Of a DNA stretch of 64,000 nt, positions 22,012 through 32,817 are shown one piece after another. Both the position numbers and the translations under genes were made by a program. The stretch spans positions 1-64,000 of the forward strand of contig PDIP01000015.1 in assembly GCA_002811645.1 (NCBI GenBank), given 5' to 3'. This stretch comes from Corallochytrium limacisporum Hawaii (Eukaryota > Protista > Pluriformea). Below the pieces are notes generated by a model. It had not been told where the DNA came from and did no database searches. It saw only the letters and a list, made by a program, of their open reading frames with translations. How positions within the stretch are numbered: the stretch's first letter is position 1; every line of letters starts with the position of its first letter.

Positions 22012-23016
22012 TTGGCACCCAACGACGGCAGGGAGGCGGTGGAGCGAGTGCGGCGGGGCAGGGCAAAAGGGAGGCAAAATAGAAATAAAAACTGGCTCTA
22101 CGTTTTGCCCTGCCACCCTCACCCCCGGGAAGGGAACTTTCATTCCCGGTTCCCATAAAGAGTAAGGCCACTGACTAAGCGGAGGCAAATGGCAAAGCCA
22201 TGTCCCCACACCACCACCGTGCCAGGCAGAAAAGGAAGAGCAAAATTTTCTTCTTCCGTTCTGTTTTGTCCCGGGCTTTGGTCCCCCCGGAAGGTCACCG
22301 AAAGCTCTATAGTGAATGTACTAATGCTTCGGCGCAAGATGAAATAAGTTGGTGTGCTCCACCCTTTTTTCCCAAACACAAATTGGTCCGCTGTGACTGG
22401 GACCCAGCCCATTGGTATCTCCGAGCCATTTCTTTCCATTCATTTACTACCGGCTCTGGGATTTATTGTGAAACCTCCCTCCCTCTCCGCTTCCAAAGAT
22501 TACAAAGAAAAGAGGGACCCCAAATGAAGGCCTCGTCCCATCTCCCCAGGGCAAAAGGGCCACCCAAAAAGGCGAAGAAGAAAAAAGGAAACGAAGCAGG
22601 AAAAAAAAAGTTACGCTGGCAGGGCGCTGGTGGCATCTGCTGCTGCGGGGCGGGGCAAATAAAAAGGAAGGAAAGGAAGGGAGGAAGGAAGGGAGGGGGG
22701 GGGAAGGGGCGGGGCGCCTAATGTACGATAGTTGGAGAGGTATCAATTTATTGTAGCACTGCAGCACGGTGGCGGGTCCTGAGGCCCCCGAAAAGGGGGA
22801 AGCGGAAGAGGCCCCCCGGGGGGGGGGTTGGGCCCTTTAGAAAGGGAAAAGAAGGCGACGACTGAAAAGGGGGGCCAAATTTTGTTTCTTTTTAAAAGAA
22901 AAAAGTGAGGCAAAAAGTAAACACCACCAACCAGCCCACCCGACAACACCCAACACCCCCCCCCCCCCGGGGACAGAGGCACCCGGACCGTCCCAAAAAT
23001 GGTGGTCCCCCCCCCC

Positions 23017-23062
23017 NNNNNNNNNNNNNNNNNNNNNNNNNNNNNNNNNNNNNNNNNNNNNN
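23017..23062. other. Assembly gap (N run) with duplicated flanks
   Basis: agaggcacccggaccgt(c/a)ccaaaaatggtggtcccc occurs on both sides of the Ns, next to C/G homopolymers. Confidence 0.95.
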
Positions 23063-25107
23063 AGAGGCACCCGGACCGTACCAAAAATGGTGGTCCCCCA
23101 CCCCGCGGGGGGGGGGGGGTTTGGGTATGTCGCGGTGCTTCCGAATCGTTACGCGCACACCCGGAAGGCAAACTCTTACTAACCGAGGGAAAGTGCAGCT
23201 CGGGAGAGGCGCTCGGTCAGGAGGTGGAGCAGGTGATATACTGCTCGTGCCAAGTGGCGACCCTTGTCTTTTAAGGCCACCGTCAACATTACTTCAGGTA
23301 TGGGCCAAAGTGCAAGCTCACGGACGACGGGTTGGCCGGCCGCCTTTGCAGGTTTAATCGGACCATATGTCCTTCCTCCCCCCTTCCCCTTTGCGGCACC
23401 TACTGTTGCCCACTGTGTTCTCTACGTTGCGGAGTTGCCGTGCAGCAGCGGGCCTAGCGGTGTCACTCACTCTTGGGCTCCTCCGCGCGTACCCCAATTC
23501 TCTTCTCTGCCTCTTTTCCTGTGACCCTGGGTCAACTCTCAGCCTTGGTCTTAATTACAAATAATGATATGATTAGGTTTATCAGTTATATGGGACGAGG
23601 GAGACGGATGAAACAGGCGCAGCAGCGAAATTGGTGGTGGTGTTTCCCCTGGGGGGCTTGGAAATACAATTCGGCCAATCAGTGTCCCGGAATTGTGCCA
23701 GTGAGCCAATGAACCTTCGACTTTCGTTTCGATGTTCAAAAAATGCGTCTGGGACTAGAGGACCGGTCGTTGTGGGCGAAGGGGACGGGGTTCCATACGT
23801 TCACTATGAACAGAGCCCCTACGTTGGGACCCGGGGAGATATGGAAAGTCCCCCCCCCTCCCTCCTTCCCTCTTGTCTCCCTCATCACAAATCGACTGTA
23901 GTCTGACCGATAGGTCCTCGGGTTCGAGCAGCGCTGTCATGTCATACGTAATCTATCGCCAAACCGTTAGGCTACCAGCGTAGAAACGTCCCCGGGTACG
24001 CAGATCTTTTCCCGTTGGTTATCACACCTCTACGTCTGCACCGGTCGCACGCGCCAAGTTGAAACCCGGTTCCAGTCCGTTCCGTCAGTCGGTAACTATT
24101 GCCGGACAATGGAGCTCTCTTTCGGTTCGGTTTCCGTGCTTCGAGTCCTGCTTCTGCGTTCTGCTGTCCATGCCGGCTCCGTCATTAGGCTGCACCTTCT
24201 CCCATTTGTGTGCGACCCTTCGGCCCGAGTAAAGGCGTGTCATGAGAAGGGACGCGGTACTTTTTGGATGGATTTTGTGTGCTAAGCAGGCCCGTCGTTA
24301 GGTGGTGAGCCAGCACGAAAAAAATACACAGGACGACCACGCAACACGCAGAAGAGCGCAGGAGCAGGGAATAAATTCGAAGGTGCGGCCGCGCGCAAAA
24401 AATATGCATACAAAAACTATGAGCAGCCAGGGCTGCGTGCACTGACTCCCTGCGGTCACCGACCGAGGCGACGTGCCGCTGTGGGTTTGTGCTGCTTGGC
24501 CGACCCGTCGAACGACGACGTGCTACTCTTGGGTGTATTCGGTGGGTAGTCCATATGCGATGACAATCACCTTGTGACTATACGACTTGCTAAAACCTCT
24601 CAAGCCTTTGTCGGTCTGAACATGCCTAGCGAAGACAGTCTGCTGCGGAGGGTCACAGTACCGTATGAGGGAAGAACAGCGGCATTGGCGATGCCATCGC
24701 AGCACCGGTTAAATAATGATAACCCCACCCCTCTGCACGTAGCGGTGGAGTATGCTACGTTCTCAGTGAATAAAAGGTCTCGACGTGGACGAAAGTGACA
24801 TGAGTGGCTCTTTCGTGGGGTTTGGCAACCGCATCAAGTCACAGTGGTCATGTATTGATGGGCTACTTCAGAGACACTACCACTAAGCAAAGATGTGCCG
24901 CCGTATGGCATGTCAGACCAAGAACTTTGCCGGGTACTCAAGACGTAAAGTGTTCGGGCAATCAAACGCGTTTGTCTACACGCAGGTGATACTGGGAACA
25001 CCTGAACAACAGCTTTCGTTTCATTGTATTGATATTGCTTTGTTTAAACGAAGCATAAGACTCGGGGTAATTGGCAGGGCCGGAAACTCCACCTTGTTGA
25101 AGTAATC

Positions 25108-25686
25108 ATGCAGTCGATAAAGTGTGTGGTCGTCGGCGACGGTGCCGTCGGTAAGACCTGTCTGCTGATCTCATATACCACAAATGCATTCCCCGGTGAG
25201 TACATTCCCACCGTATTCGACAACTACTCTGCAAATGTTATGGTTGACGGAAAACCAATTAATCTGGGACTTTGGGATACCGCCGGTCAGGAAGACTACG
25301 ACCGTCTGCGTCCTCTCAGTTACCCTCAGACGGATGTATTCCTCATTTGCTTCTCACTGACTAGTCCTTCATCATTCGAAAATGTTCGGGCGAAATGGCA
25401 TCCGGAAGTCAGGCACCACTGCCCCTCCACACCTTTGATTCTTGTTGGAACTAAGCTCGATCTGCGCGAAGACAAGGAAACCCTCGAGCGCCTGAAAGAG
25501 AAGCGTCTGGCCCCCATTCAGTACCCTCAGGGATTAGCAATGGCCAAGGAGATTGGCGCAGTGAAGTATCTTGAATGCTCCGCTCTGACACAGAAGGGTC
25601 TGAAGACGGTCTTCGACGAAGCCATCCGGGCCGTCCTTCAGCCGGCAAAGCCTGCTCGCAAGAAGAAGAACTGCACTCTGTTGTAG
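25108..25686 (+). CDS. RAC1: Rac family small GTPase
   Basis: [52 protein letters not shown]; polybasic tail and CAAX CTLL. Confidence 0.98.
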   Translation: MQSIKCVVVGDGAVGKTCLLISYTTNAFPGEYIPTVFDNYSANVMVDGKPINLGLWDTAGQEDYDRLRPLSYPQTDVFLICFSLTSPSSFENVRAKWHPEVRHHCPSTPLILVGTKLDLREDKETLERLKEKRLAPIQYPQGLAMAKEIGAVKYLECSALTQKGLKTVFDEAIRAVLQPAKPARKKKNCTLL

Positions 25687-26666
25687 ATCAAATTCAAAAT
25701 TTTTCAAATCAACATTTTGTAGGGCATGACATGGTCCCTTGAATAGTGAAGATGTTTCCTCTGGGAGTGCTGTGCGCCGCCTGGGCACTGGAGTTCACCC
25801 GTGTCCAGACAGTGATGGAACCTGCACCGTGTTAAGCTCCTGAAGGATATTCACTAATCATTTTCAAAACCTTGCCATCGGGAAGAATATGCAACTTAAC
25901 GAAGGCTCCTGTATGCTACATTGGCAGGATTCAACCAAAAGTAAAACAAGAAACCAGGATCGAAGTTTCATCCAACCCCTTTTGTCATATTTATCTGTAC
26001 CCGCCTACGTGTCCTCTGTTCCTATTCTGGTTCCTGCGGGGTTAAGAATCGATTGGTCCCAACGTGGACATGTATATAATCATGCTATTTCTACTCTTGA
26101 GGACACCGTCGTGGCAGTGATGATTGTCCCGATGCGCAGCACTCTTGTTTCATTGTCACCAAACGCATCTCTCCCGCTCTCTCCCGCGCTTCGCTCCAGC
26201 TTCGCCCGCAACGGGGCTGATCGGACTACCGGGCCCACTGGCTAGTAATGGTTTCTCCTGGCCTTTCTTTCTGCCTTCCAAGATCGGTCCTTCACCTGCA
26301 CTTCAGTTTCAGTAGCAAATGTATAGCACCGACCCCGCCGCCCCAGGCCCGCTCGATCTCTACAGAGACACCGGGCGTCTCGCGGTCTTTTTCCCCGGTG
26401 GAGCCTGTTCCAAGTTGAAGGGCCTGCTGTTATTATTCCGAAAATAGAATGTGTGTCGATGTTAATTCAGTTTCTCAACTCCACTTTTAGTATCTCAATT
26501 CTTGAACTGTCGCTTGCATTTACCTGCTTGTAATCTGCGTCTGCTGCAAAAGGTTCTTGAAACTAAAAAACCGGCACACGGAGGACAGACCACTGTCAAA
26601 CACTTTCCGAAGCTGAGAACGAAATCTGTTGTAGCTGGTTCGTCCGTGAAACCCAAGTACCCAAAT

Positions 26667-27935
26667 ATGACTACAGACGATAATCCAGCCGTGAAGACAA
26701 CGGCAGCCGAGCCGGCTGTGTCTGGAGAAGATGCTGATGCACAGAAGCCAGAGGAGCCTACTCAAGAGCCTACCCAAGAGCCTACTCAAGATCATACAGA
26801 CGGGCCTCCTCGCAAGAGGGTCGCGGACAGACAACTTCGCAAGGACGAAGAGGAAGAAGATGGTGGTGAAGATCCCACCGGAGAATTCCAGAAGGCAAGT
26901 GCTGAAGAGTTAGCTACACGGAAACGGTTGACGGCAAAGCGGTCAAAGCCTGCAGAATCGGAAGCGGCAGAAGTGGCAGATACAGCAGAGAGAAAGGATG
27001 TGGAGCCGCCCAAGCCGGCATTTACTGGTTTCAAGTTTGGATCAGGCCTTAGTTCTGGTGCGTCGGCCTCTAGCGGTGGCGGTCTGTTCAGTGCAGCTGC
27101 AAGCTCATTCCATGGCAAGTCAGGATTCGGTGGCTTTGGCACCGGATCTGCAACGTCTGCAAAGCCGGCTCCAGGGTTTGGTGGCCATACATTTGGAAAG
27201 GCGGCCGACGGCGAGAGCAAAGATGCGGGAGAAAAACCTACTGGCTTCTCTGGTTTTGGAGCTCTTGCGGAGCAGAATAAGAGCACAGGGTTCACATTCA
27301 GCTTCAAGAAGCCAGAAACAGAGTCATCCAAGGTGTTTGGTGAAGCCAGCGGCGACAAGGCGGAAGGAGACGAAGTTGGTGACGGGGACGGTGCCACAGA
27401 TGCGGACGACTTCAATAGCAAGCTATTCACATCTAATGTTCAGCCCATTTTACCGGAAGTCGAGACCAAGACGGGGGAAGAGGATGAAGTGAATATGCTG
27501 CAGATCAGTCGTGCTAAACTGTACCGTCTGGAAGCCAGTGACGAAAGCTCCAGTGCGGAAGAGAAAGACGCACCACAGGAAGGCGCTGAGAAGGAGGACG
27601 GTAGCAAGGCAGATCAGAATGGCAAGAAGGCAAACGGCAATGCTCCGGAGACATGGAAGGAAAAGGGAGTTGGCATCCTCCGGATCAATAAACTAACTGA
27701 TACTGACGGCAGTGCGGCTCGGGTTGTCATGCGCAAGTCTGGTACAATGCAACTGCTCCTGAACATGCGCATCTGGAGCGGTATGAAGGTTTCGGAGGTT
27801 TCCGCAAAGTCTACGTCGGTCGGAACAGTGGTGCCAGAGACTGGGAAGACGGAACTGTACCTGTTTAACATGGCCAAGGCAGACACGGAATCATTCCGAC
27901 GCACACTCCGTCACGCCATCTCCAAGGCGAAGTGA
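26667..27935 (+). CDS. NUP50: Nup50/Nup2-like nucleoporin
   Basis: N-terminal KRVADRQLRKD...GEFQKASAEELATRK NUP50 motif, FxFG/FG repeats and C-terminal Ran-binding domain (WKEKGVGILRIN, RVVMR, LLLN). ATG at 26667. Confidence 0.88.
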   Translation: MTTDDNPAVKTTAAEPAVSGEDADAQKPEEPTQEPTQEPTQDHTDGPPRKRVADRQLRKDEEEEDGGEDPTGEFQKASAEELATRKRLTAKRSKPAESEAAEVADTAERKDVEPPKPAFTGFKFGSGLSSGASASSGGGLFSAAASSFHGKSGFGGFGTGSATSAKPAPGFGGHTFGKAADGESKDAGEKPTGFSGFGALAEQNKSTGFTFSFKKPETESSKVFGEASGDKAEGDEVGDGDGATDADDFNSKLFTSNVQPILPEVETKTGEEDEVNMLQISRAKLYRLEASDESSSAEEKDAPQEGAEKEDGSKADQNGKKANGNAPETWKEKGVGILRINKLTDTDGSAARVVMRKSGTMQLLLNMRIWSGMKVSEVSAKSTSVGTVVPETGKTELYLFNMAKADTESFRRTLRHAISKAK

Positions 27936-28120
27936 TTGCCCGTTCATTGAATCGAATGTATACATTATAAAGAAAACTTTGAGCTAGCAATTAAAGCCCC
28001 TAGCGTCATTGTTCTGGAAAGACTTACTATCGTGAAAACTATGGACTCGGTGATCAAAATTTCCATTGGTTTCTTTATTCCAGGTTAGCATTTGGATGGT
28101 AAGCGACTGTTATCTGTTTG

Positions 28121-28834
28121 CTACGCGGTCCTTTGTAGATCTTTCAACAGGGCCTCAAAGTCAGTGCACCACAAGTCAGCCCCAGCTTTAACCTTTTCGC
28201 GCACCTGGTTGCCACCATAGCCAATGAACAGTTTTGCGGGAGGACGAGCCTCCATGTCTGTGGCGCCGTCGCCAACCATGATCACGACTGAGTGGCCTTT
28301 TGAATCAATAATGGACTGAAGGGCTTTCGGCTTACCCCCACTGCGGCTGGTAGGCTCACTCTCGTCAAAACCCTTGTAAGAGCCATCTTCGTTAAATAGC
28401 AAATTGTTCGCATGTACATTCCCCTTAGGAATGTTCAACACTTCGGCCAAGGGATTGATCATCTGCCTGAACCCGCCAGACACAAGGTGCACGTCTTTAC
28501 CTTCTTCTTGGAAGTACTTTATGATCTCGGGAATACCGGGACTGAACTGCAGGGGGGTGGCATCCAAACATGCCTGTACCTGCTGATGAGATGGCTTCAT
28601 GAGCTCGAGACGCGCGGCCAGAGCCTCCTGGAATGTTGTGTCACCACCCATTGCCTTGGCCGTCCATGCAGCCACCGCTTCGCCAGCTCCTACGCTCTCA
28701 GCGAGGACGTCAATCCCTTCCTCCCGTACGACGGTGGAATCAACGTCAAAGCAAATACAGTGACTTTCACGAATTATTTTGAGTGCCTCTTCCAGGGTAG
28801 GCTTTCCAGTCTGTACATCCGTGTGTGGTGCCAT
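28121..28834 (-). CDS. PSPH: Phosphoserine phosphatase (HAD)
   Basis: FDVDST, EGIDVLA, LVSGGF, PTSRSGGK, MVGDGATD. ATG at 28834. Confidence 0.96.
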   Translation of the reverse strand: MAPHTDVQTGKPTLEEALKIIRESHCICFDVDSTVVREEGIDVLAESVGAGEAVAAWTAKAMGGDTTFQEALAARLELMKPSHQQVQACLDATPLQFSPGIPEIIKYFQEEGKDVHLVSGGFRQMINPLAEVLNIPKGNVHANNLLFNEDGSYKGFDESEPTSRSGGKPKALQSIIDSKGHSVVIMVGDGATDMEARPPAKLFIGYGGNQVREKVKAGADLWCTDFEALLKDLQRTA

Positions 28835-29039
28835 AATTCCCCAGTCTATTAACCTCAGTCGAACCCTGGCCAAGAAACCGATCAGTTGATAATACATCAC
28901 TTATCCACACGACTACGGAAAACGTCATGCACGCGTGATTTAATTGTCACTCCTGTTGACTTCAAAATACCCGTTTGCTTCCCAAACCAAATCAATCCGT
29001 TTGCTGGAAACAGTGGAGAGCGCACTGATGTCCGATCGA

Positions 29040-29460
29040 TTTCACGGGCCCTTCGGGAACCCACGAGTCCCCCCCCTTCCCCCTGGGTGTTTCGCGAGTC
29101 CCCTGGTCTGGCCCCCACCACCCCCCTCCCTCCTCCTCCTCGTCGTCCGAGGCCGTACGAGGAAGGCTAATTTTACCCGGGGCCGAGAGTAATTTTTGCC
29201 CGGGGCCGCATTCACGATCGCGTGTTCCGTACCCCCCCCCCCCGGGGGGCCAGCTGGCTTTGACGGGCAGCAGTACCGAAGGTAGGGGAAATATTTCCCC
29301 TCCTCGATTTGGCTTCCCGGGCCACTGGTCAACGGAGGGCCGGTCGGAGGCGACCCGGCAACAGGGGAAGACGGGCCGCCAGTGAGTTTTCTTTGGAGGT
29401 ATGGCCGGGCGGGCCGTTTTATGACCCGGGCGTGCGGACGGCCATCTTGCCGATGTCCAT
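29040..29460. promoter_or_regulatory. GC/homopolymer island between divergent PSPH and FMO (putative bidirectional promoter)
   Basis: Sharp GC-rich island centred on C12-G6 at 29232-29249, roughly midway between the two start codons. Function is inferred from position only. Confidence 0.5.
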
Positions 29461-29585
29461 TGCGGTGGACCTGGCAATAGCTAATTGCTCTCCGTGGGTT
29501 CTTTAAGTTTCTACTGGTGTTTAAATACTAGTAGATTTGAAGAAATACCTGACATGCTCATTGTGCATTGCTGTCGGTTCTGGGC

Positions 29586-31442
29586 ATGAAAGCTGTCAGG
29601 ATGATAGAACCTTTCCCTCGCCACGTCGCCATAATCGGCGCTGGACCGTCCGGTCTTTGCGTGGCAAAGTACCTTCTGGAATACGGTCCTAACGACATTG
29701 AGGTAGTTATTTATGAGGTTGAGTCCGAATTGGGCGGAACATTTCGGTATCGCACCTACGAAGGTGGAGAACTGGTGTCGTCCAAACAGCTGACTTCTTA
29801 CTCAGATTTTCGGTTCCCCCTTGAGCAGAATGATCATGTTCCGGTTGAGGTATATGTCGACTATCTCCTCGCGTATGCCAAAACATTTAACGTATACGAC
29901 AAGATCCATTTCCGCACGGAAGTGATCTCCGTGCGCAAGCACTTGTCGACTCAGGACAGCAATAGTATTTATCGGGTAAGGACCCGGGGTGTGGACGGCG
30001 TTGAGAGGGAGCAGATCTTTGATGCCGTTGCTGTATGCAGTGGTCTGCACTTCTATCCGTATATCCCCAAGATTCCTAACAACAACTACGATGGACAGGT
30101 GATCCACAGCTCTGACTACAAGCAGAAATCTGAGTTCCACGGCAAGCGGGTCCTGATTGCCGGCACTGGCGAGACAGCCATGGACTTGATCGCTGATGCA
30201 TGTGGTGAGGATGAGACAGACACAGTGACCCTGAGCGCCAAACAAGGATGGCTCTCTTTCCCGAGGCAGTTCCCCGGCTTCCGCACCTTTTGGGGTTGGA
30301 AGACCGACGGGGATTTGCCAATTGACACGGTCATTTCCAATCTGTTTGAGAACGCGTATGTCCACCGGTGGAATCGTCAGCACCACATGCGCTGGCATTT
30401 TAGTGATTTCTTCGTGCGCAGGACCCTGGGTGTGCTCACTGGAACCACAGCAGGCTGCGGGCAGTGGGTTGGCCAGGTGGAGAAGCCTGGACGGGCGTAC
30501 AATATCCTCAACAAATCCACACGTGCTATGCCCTATCTGAACAAGGGCCACAAGCAGAAGTACTTTACGGAACGCTTCGTCGAACTCGACGTTCCCGATC
30601 CCGACCGCAAAGCGTACATGAAGCCCAGAATTGCCAGTCTCGGTCCTGGCCGAACAGTGGAGTTTGTGGACGACTCCCTGGGACACTATGATCTGGTCGT
30701 GCTGGCTACAGGCTACCAGCCGAAGTTTCCCTTCCTGTCGGGCACAGAAGCCACTGATCGTGACATGCGCATGATTTGCAATCGCAATGAGCCCAAACTC
30801 GGCTTCTTTGGGTTTATCCGTCCCGGTGTAGGTGCCATCCCCCCTATGGCGGAAATGCAGGCCATGTGGTGGATCCAGGTGCTTCGAGGGGAGGTTAAAC
30901 CCGAATACCTTGAGCCCGAGTACTTCCACCTCGACCTGGGCGACAATCGTCGCATCGACTACGGTGTCGACTACTCCTCTTACGTCTACGGGCTTGCCAA
31001 AGATATGGGTGCAACACCAACCATTTGGGAGCTGGTAACCATGCGGATGGGCTTCTGGGAGACAGCCAGCTTCATCCTCGGACCCGCTTTTCCCGCTTAT
31101 TTCCGTATGAAAGGTCCGTTCTACAATGAACAATGCCGCGACGTGGTCACGGGAGAGCTTTGGGAAGTCATCACCCGTCGTGGCTTTGCCGGAAACTTTT
31201 TCATGGCCATCATTCCCATCATGTTCTATGGACCGGTTAACATTGCCCTATTCATCATAGAGTACGTGCTGAGCACCTTTGCCTTAGTTTCGTGGAAGCC
31301 GGATACCTTCAACCCAAATCTGCGCAAGTACAAGGCCGTGCCCCGGCCTGGCAGCAAGTCCAAATCTGTCGCCAATGGCACCCATAAATTCAATGGTTCC
31401 TACTCGATGAGTGCTCCCAATGGTAGAGTCCAGGCGGCCTAA
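29586..31442 (+). CDS. Flavin-containing monooxygenase (class B)
   Basis: GAGPSG FAD motif, YDGQVIHSSDYK FMO signature, GTGETA NADP motif, LATGY, C-terminal hydrophobic anchor. Confidence 0.93.
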   Translation: MKAVRMIEPFPRHVAIIGAGPSGLCVAKYLLEYGPNDIEVVIYEVESELGGTFRYRTYEGGELVSSKQLTSYSDFRFPLEQNDHVPVEVYVDYLLAYAKTFNVYDKIHFRTEVISVRKHLSTQDSNSIYRVRTRGVDGVEREQIFDAVAVCSGLHFYPYIPKIPNNNYDGQVIHSSDYKQKSEFHGKRVLIAGTGETAMDLIADACGEDETDTVTLSAKQGWLSFPRQFPGFRTFWGWKTDGDLPIDTVISNLFENAYVHRWNRQHHMRWHFSDFFVRRTLGVLTGTTAGCGQWVGQVEKPGRAYNILNKSTRAMPYLNKGHKQKYFTERFVELDVPDPDRKAYMKPRIASLGPGRTVEFVDDSLGHYDLVVLATGYQPKFPFLSGTEATDRDMRMICNRNEPKLGFFGFIRPGVGAIPPMAEMQAMWWIQVLRGEVKPEYLEPEYFHLDLGDNRRIDYGVDYSSYVYGLAKDMGATPTIWELVTMRMGFWETASFILGPAFPAYFRMKGPFYNEQCRDVVTGELWEVITRRGFAGNFFMAIIPIMFYGPVNIALFIIEYVLSTFALVSWKPDTFNPNLRKYKAVPRPGSKSKSVANGTHKFNGSYSMSAPNGRVQAA

Positions 31443-31557
31443 AACCCACCAAGAACCAAGAAAGATTCCATCGTTGACATAGTATGTATTTCTGTATAAC
31501 GTGGTTAGACACGACTTTGTTTTCTGTTTGTTAATACGAATTATTGGTTCCCCTAGA

Positions 31558-32817
31558 TCACCGTGCGTTGGAGTACTGACGAACAAGGTCAAGATCAAGC
31601 CGGGAAATTATATCACGAATGCCATGAATGGTTTGCTCCAGTCGCTTTGGGTCGCGGTCATCCGCCTCAAGCAGGAAATCAAGAACTGAGAACAGCCATG
31701 CATCCACCGTACTTAGCACTGGTTTCGTGGGGAATCCCGGCACTTCCACCTCGTTCATGCACTGTAGAACAAGTCGACGCAGTCTGTGGACTTTGGGATT
31801 CTTCTGCATCATCAATTGTGTCTGAGTCTCAGCCTGTTGCTTGAGCAAGTTGACATTGGCCTGCAGATTGCGGAACTGGTCGTACATCGGCTGCTGCTCC
31901 TGTTGCAGCTTAATCAGCTCCTGACGCATATGGTCACGATAGCTCTTCAAGCTCACCAAGCTGTTCATGGTGTCATGCATCATCATTTCGCGTTGATTGG
32001 CACCGATTGGCAAATTAAGCGCGCGAATCTTGCCTTGTTCATTGAGCGGCAACGTTGATAGGCGATTGGACACCGGGGTCCCAACGGAACCCGGGCGCTC
32101 GCCGAGGGCCGTGCCGTTCGGAGAGAGGAAGCCGCCTGGTCCAGCCGACAGCGGACTTCTCCGTGAACTGTTCATCATCATTTGCTGTAGTTGGTGGTCA
32201 GATCCATCGCTAGTGTTGGAGCTTCGCCTGGTGCGGTCGTGCGAGTTTCGGCTAGCCTGGCTGGCGCTTTCGCGATGGGAGTCGACATCGAGACCATCCA
32301 TCACATTGCCACCTTGCGCGCTGGTCTTACTGTGTGCGGGGCTACCGGCACCTACAGATGAAGCCGTAGAGTCCAGATCACCACCCAATACACTACCACG
32401 AGCAATACTTTCACGCCACATCCTGTACGAGTCGGATTTGAGGTACTCATTCAGCTCCTGTTGGTATTTGACCCGGTCTGCACGCGCGGCTGCCATGTAT
32501 GGTTCCTTATCAGCATCAGTCATTTTACTCCATTCCTGACCCAAAATGCGTGTTATGTCTGCCATGAGGAATGTGGGATTCTGCTCTTTCAGTTCTGCCC
32601 GCCTCTTAGCCGTGAAGCGTAGATAGCCCGTTTGTGGCTGTTTCGGTGCATTGGGATCCTTGACATTGATGTTCAGTTTGCGACGAATCACAGACGTGGA
32701 ACGACTGGCAGCATTCTTCTTGTTTGAACTTACTCCCTTTGTGGCAGGTGTCCGCTTCTTTGCAGATTCCGACCCGGCAGATGAGGCATGCGAATGCCCT
32801 TCTATTGGTGACTCCAT
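31558..32817 (-). CDS. HMG20: HMG20A/B (BRAF35/iBRAF)-like HMG-box protein
   Basis: DPNAPKQPQTGYLRF...ITRILGQEWSKM...ELNEYLKSDSY HMG box, coiled coil, and C-terminal VPG..KP.L.TVDAWL...IRDII motif typical of HMG20. Confidence 0.85.
   Translation of the reverse strand: MESPIEGHSHASSAGSESAKKRTPATKGVSSNKKNAASRSTSVIRRKLNINVKDPNAPKQPQTGYLRFTAKRRAELKEQNPTFLMADITRILGQEWSKMTDADKEPYMAAARADRVKYQQELNEYLKSDSYRMWRESIARGSVLGGDLDSTASSVGAGSPAHSKTSAQGGNVMDGLDVDSHRESASQASRNSHDRTRRSSNTSDGSDHQLQQMMMNSSRRSPLSAGPGGFLSPNGTALGERPGSVGTPVSNRLSTLPLNEQGKIRALNLPIGANQREMMMHDTMNSLVSLKSYRDHMRQELIKLQQEQQPMYDQFRNLQANVNLLKQQAETQTQLMMQKNPKVHRLRRLVLQCMNEVEVPGFPTKPVLSTVDAWLFSVLDFLLEADDRDPKRLEQTIHGIRDIISRLDLDLVRQYSNAR

Noticed and set aside
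22974-23100. Apparent tandem repeat around the N gap
   Set aside because: Most likely an unmerged contig overlap or allelic variant next to homopolymers.
21598-23357. Many 90-190 aa Pro/Gly/Lys-rich ORFs in the homopolymer islands (also 33167-33760, 35747-36314, 52111-52805, 63220-63727)
   Set aside because: Low-complexity translations of G/C/A runs that lack stops for compositional reasons.
23891-23935. tRNA-Tyr-like fragment (atcgactgtag...ccgataggtc...ggttcgag)
   Set aside because: No D arm or acceptor stem, and the T stem does not pair; at most a relic or a chance match.
17749-28867. Shared 13-mer ctcagtcgaaccc near the DENR and PSPH starts
   Set aside because: Many 13-mer matches are expected by chance in 64 kb, and the orientation relative to the genes differs.
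29802-31133. 443-aa antisense ORF inside the FMO gene (similar shadows at 61937-62860, 9189-9773, 51191-51820)
   Set aside because: Antisense shadows expected from the codon bias of the real genes; no recognisable motifs.
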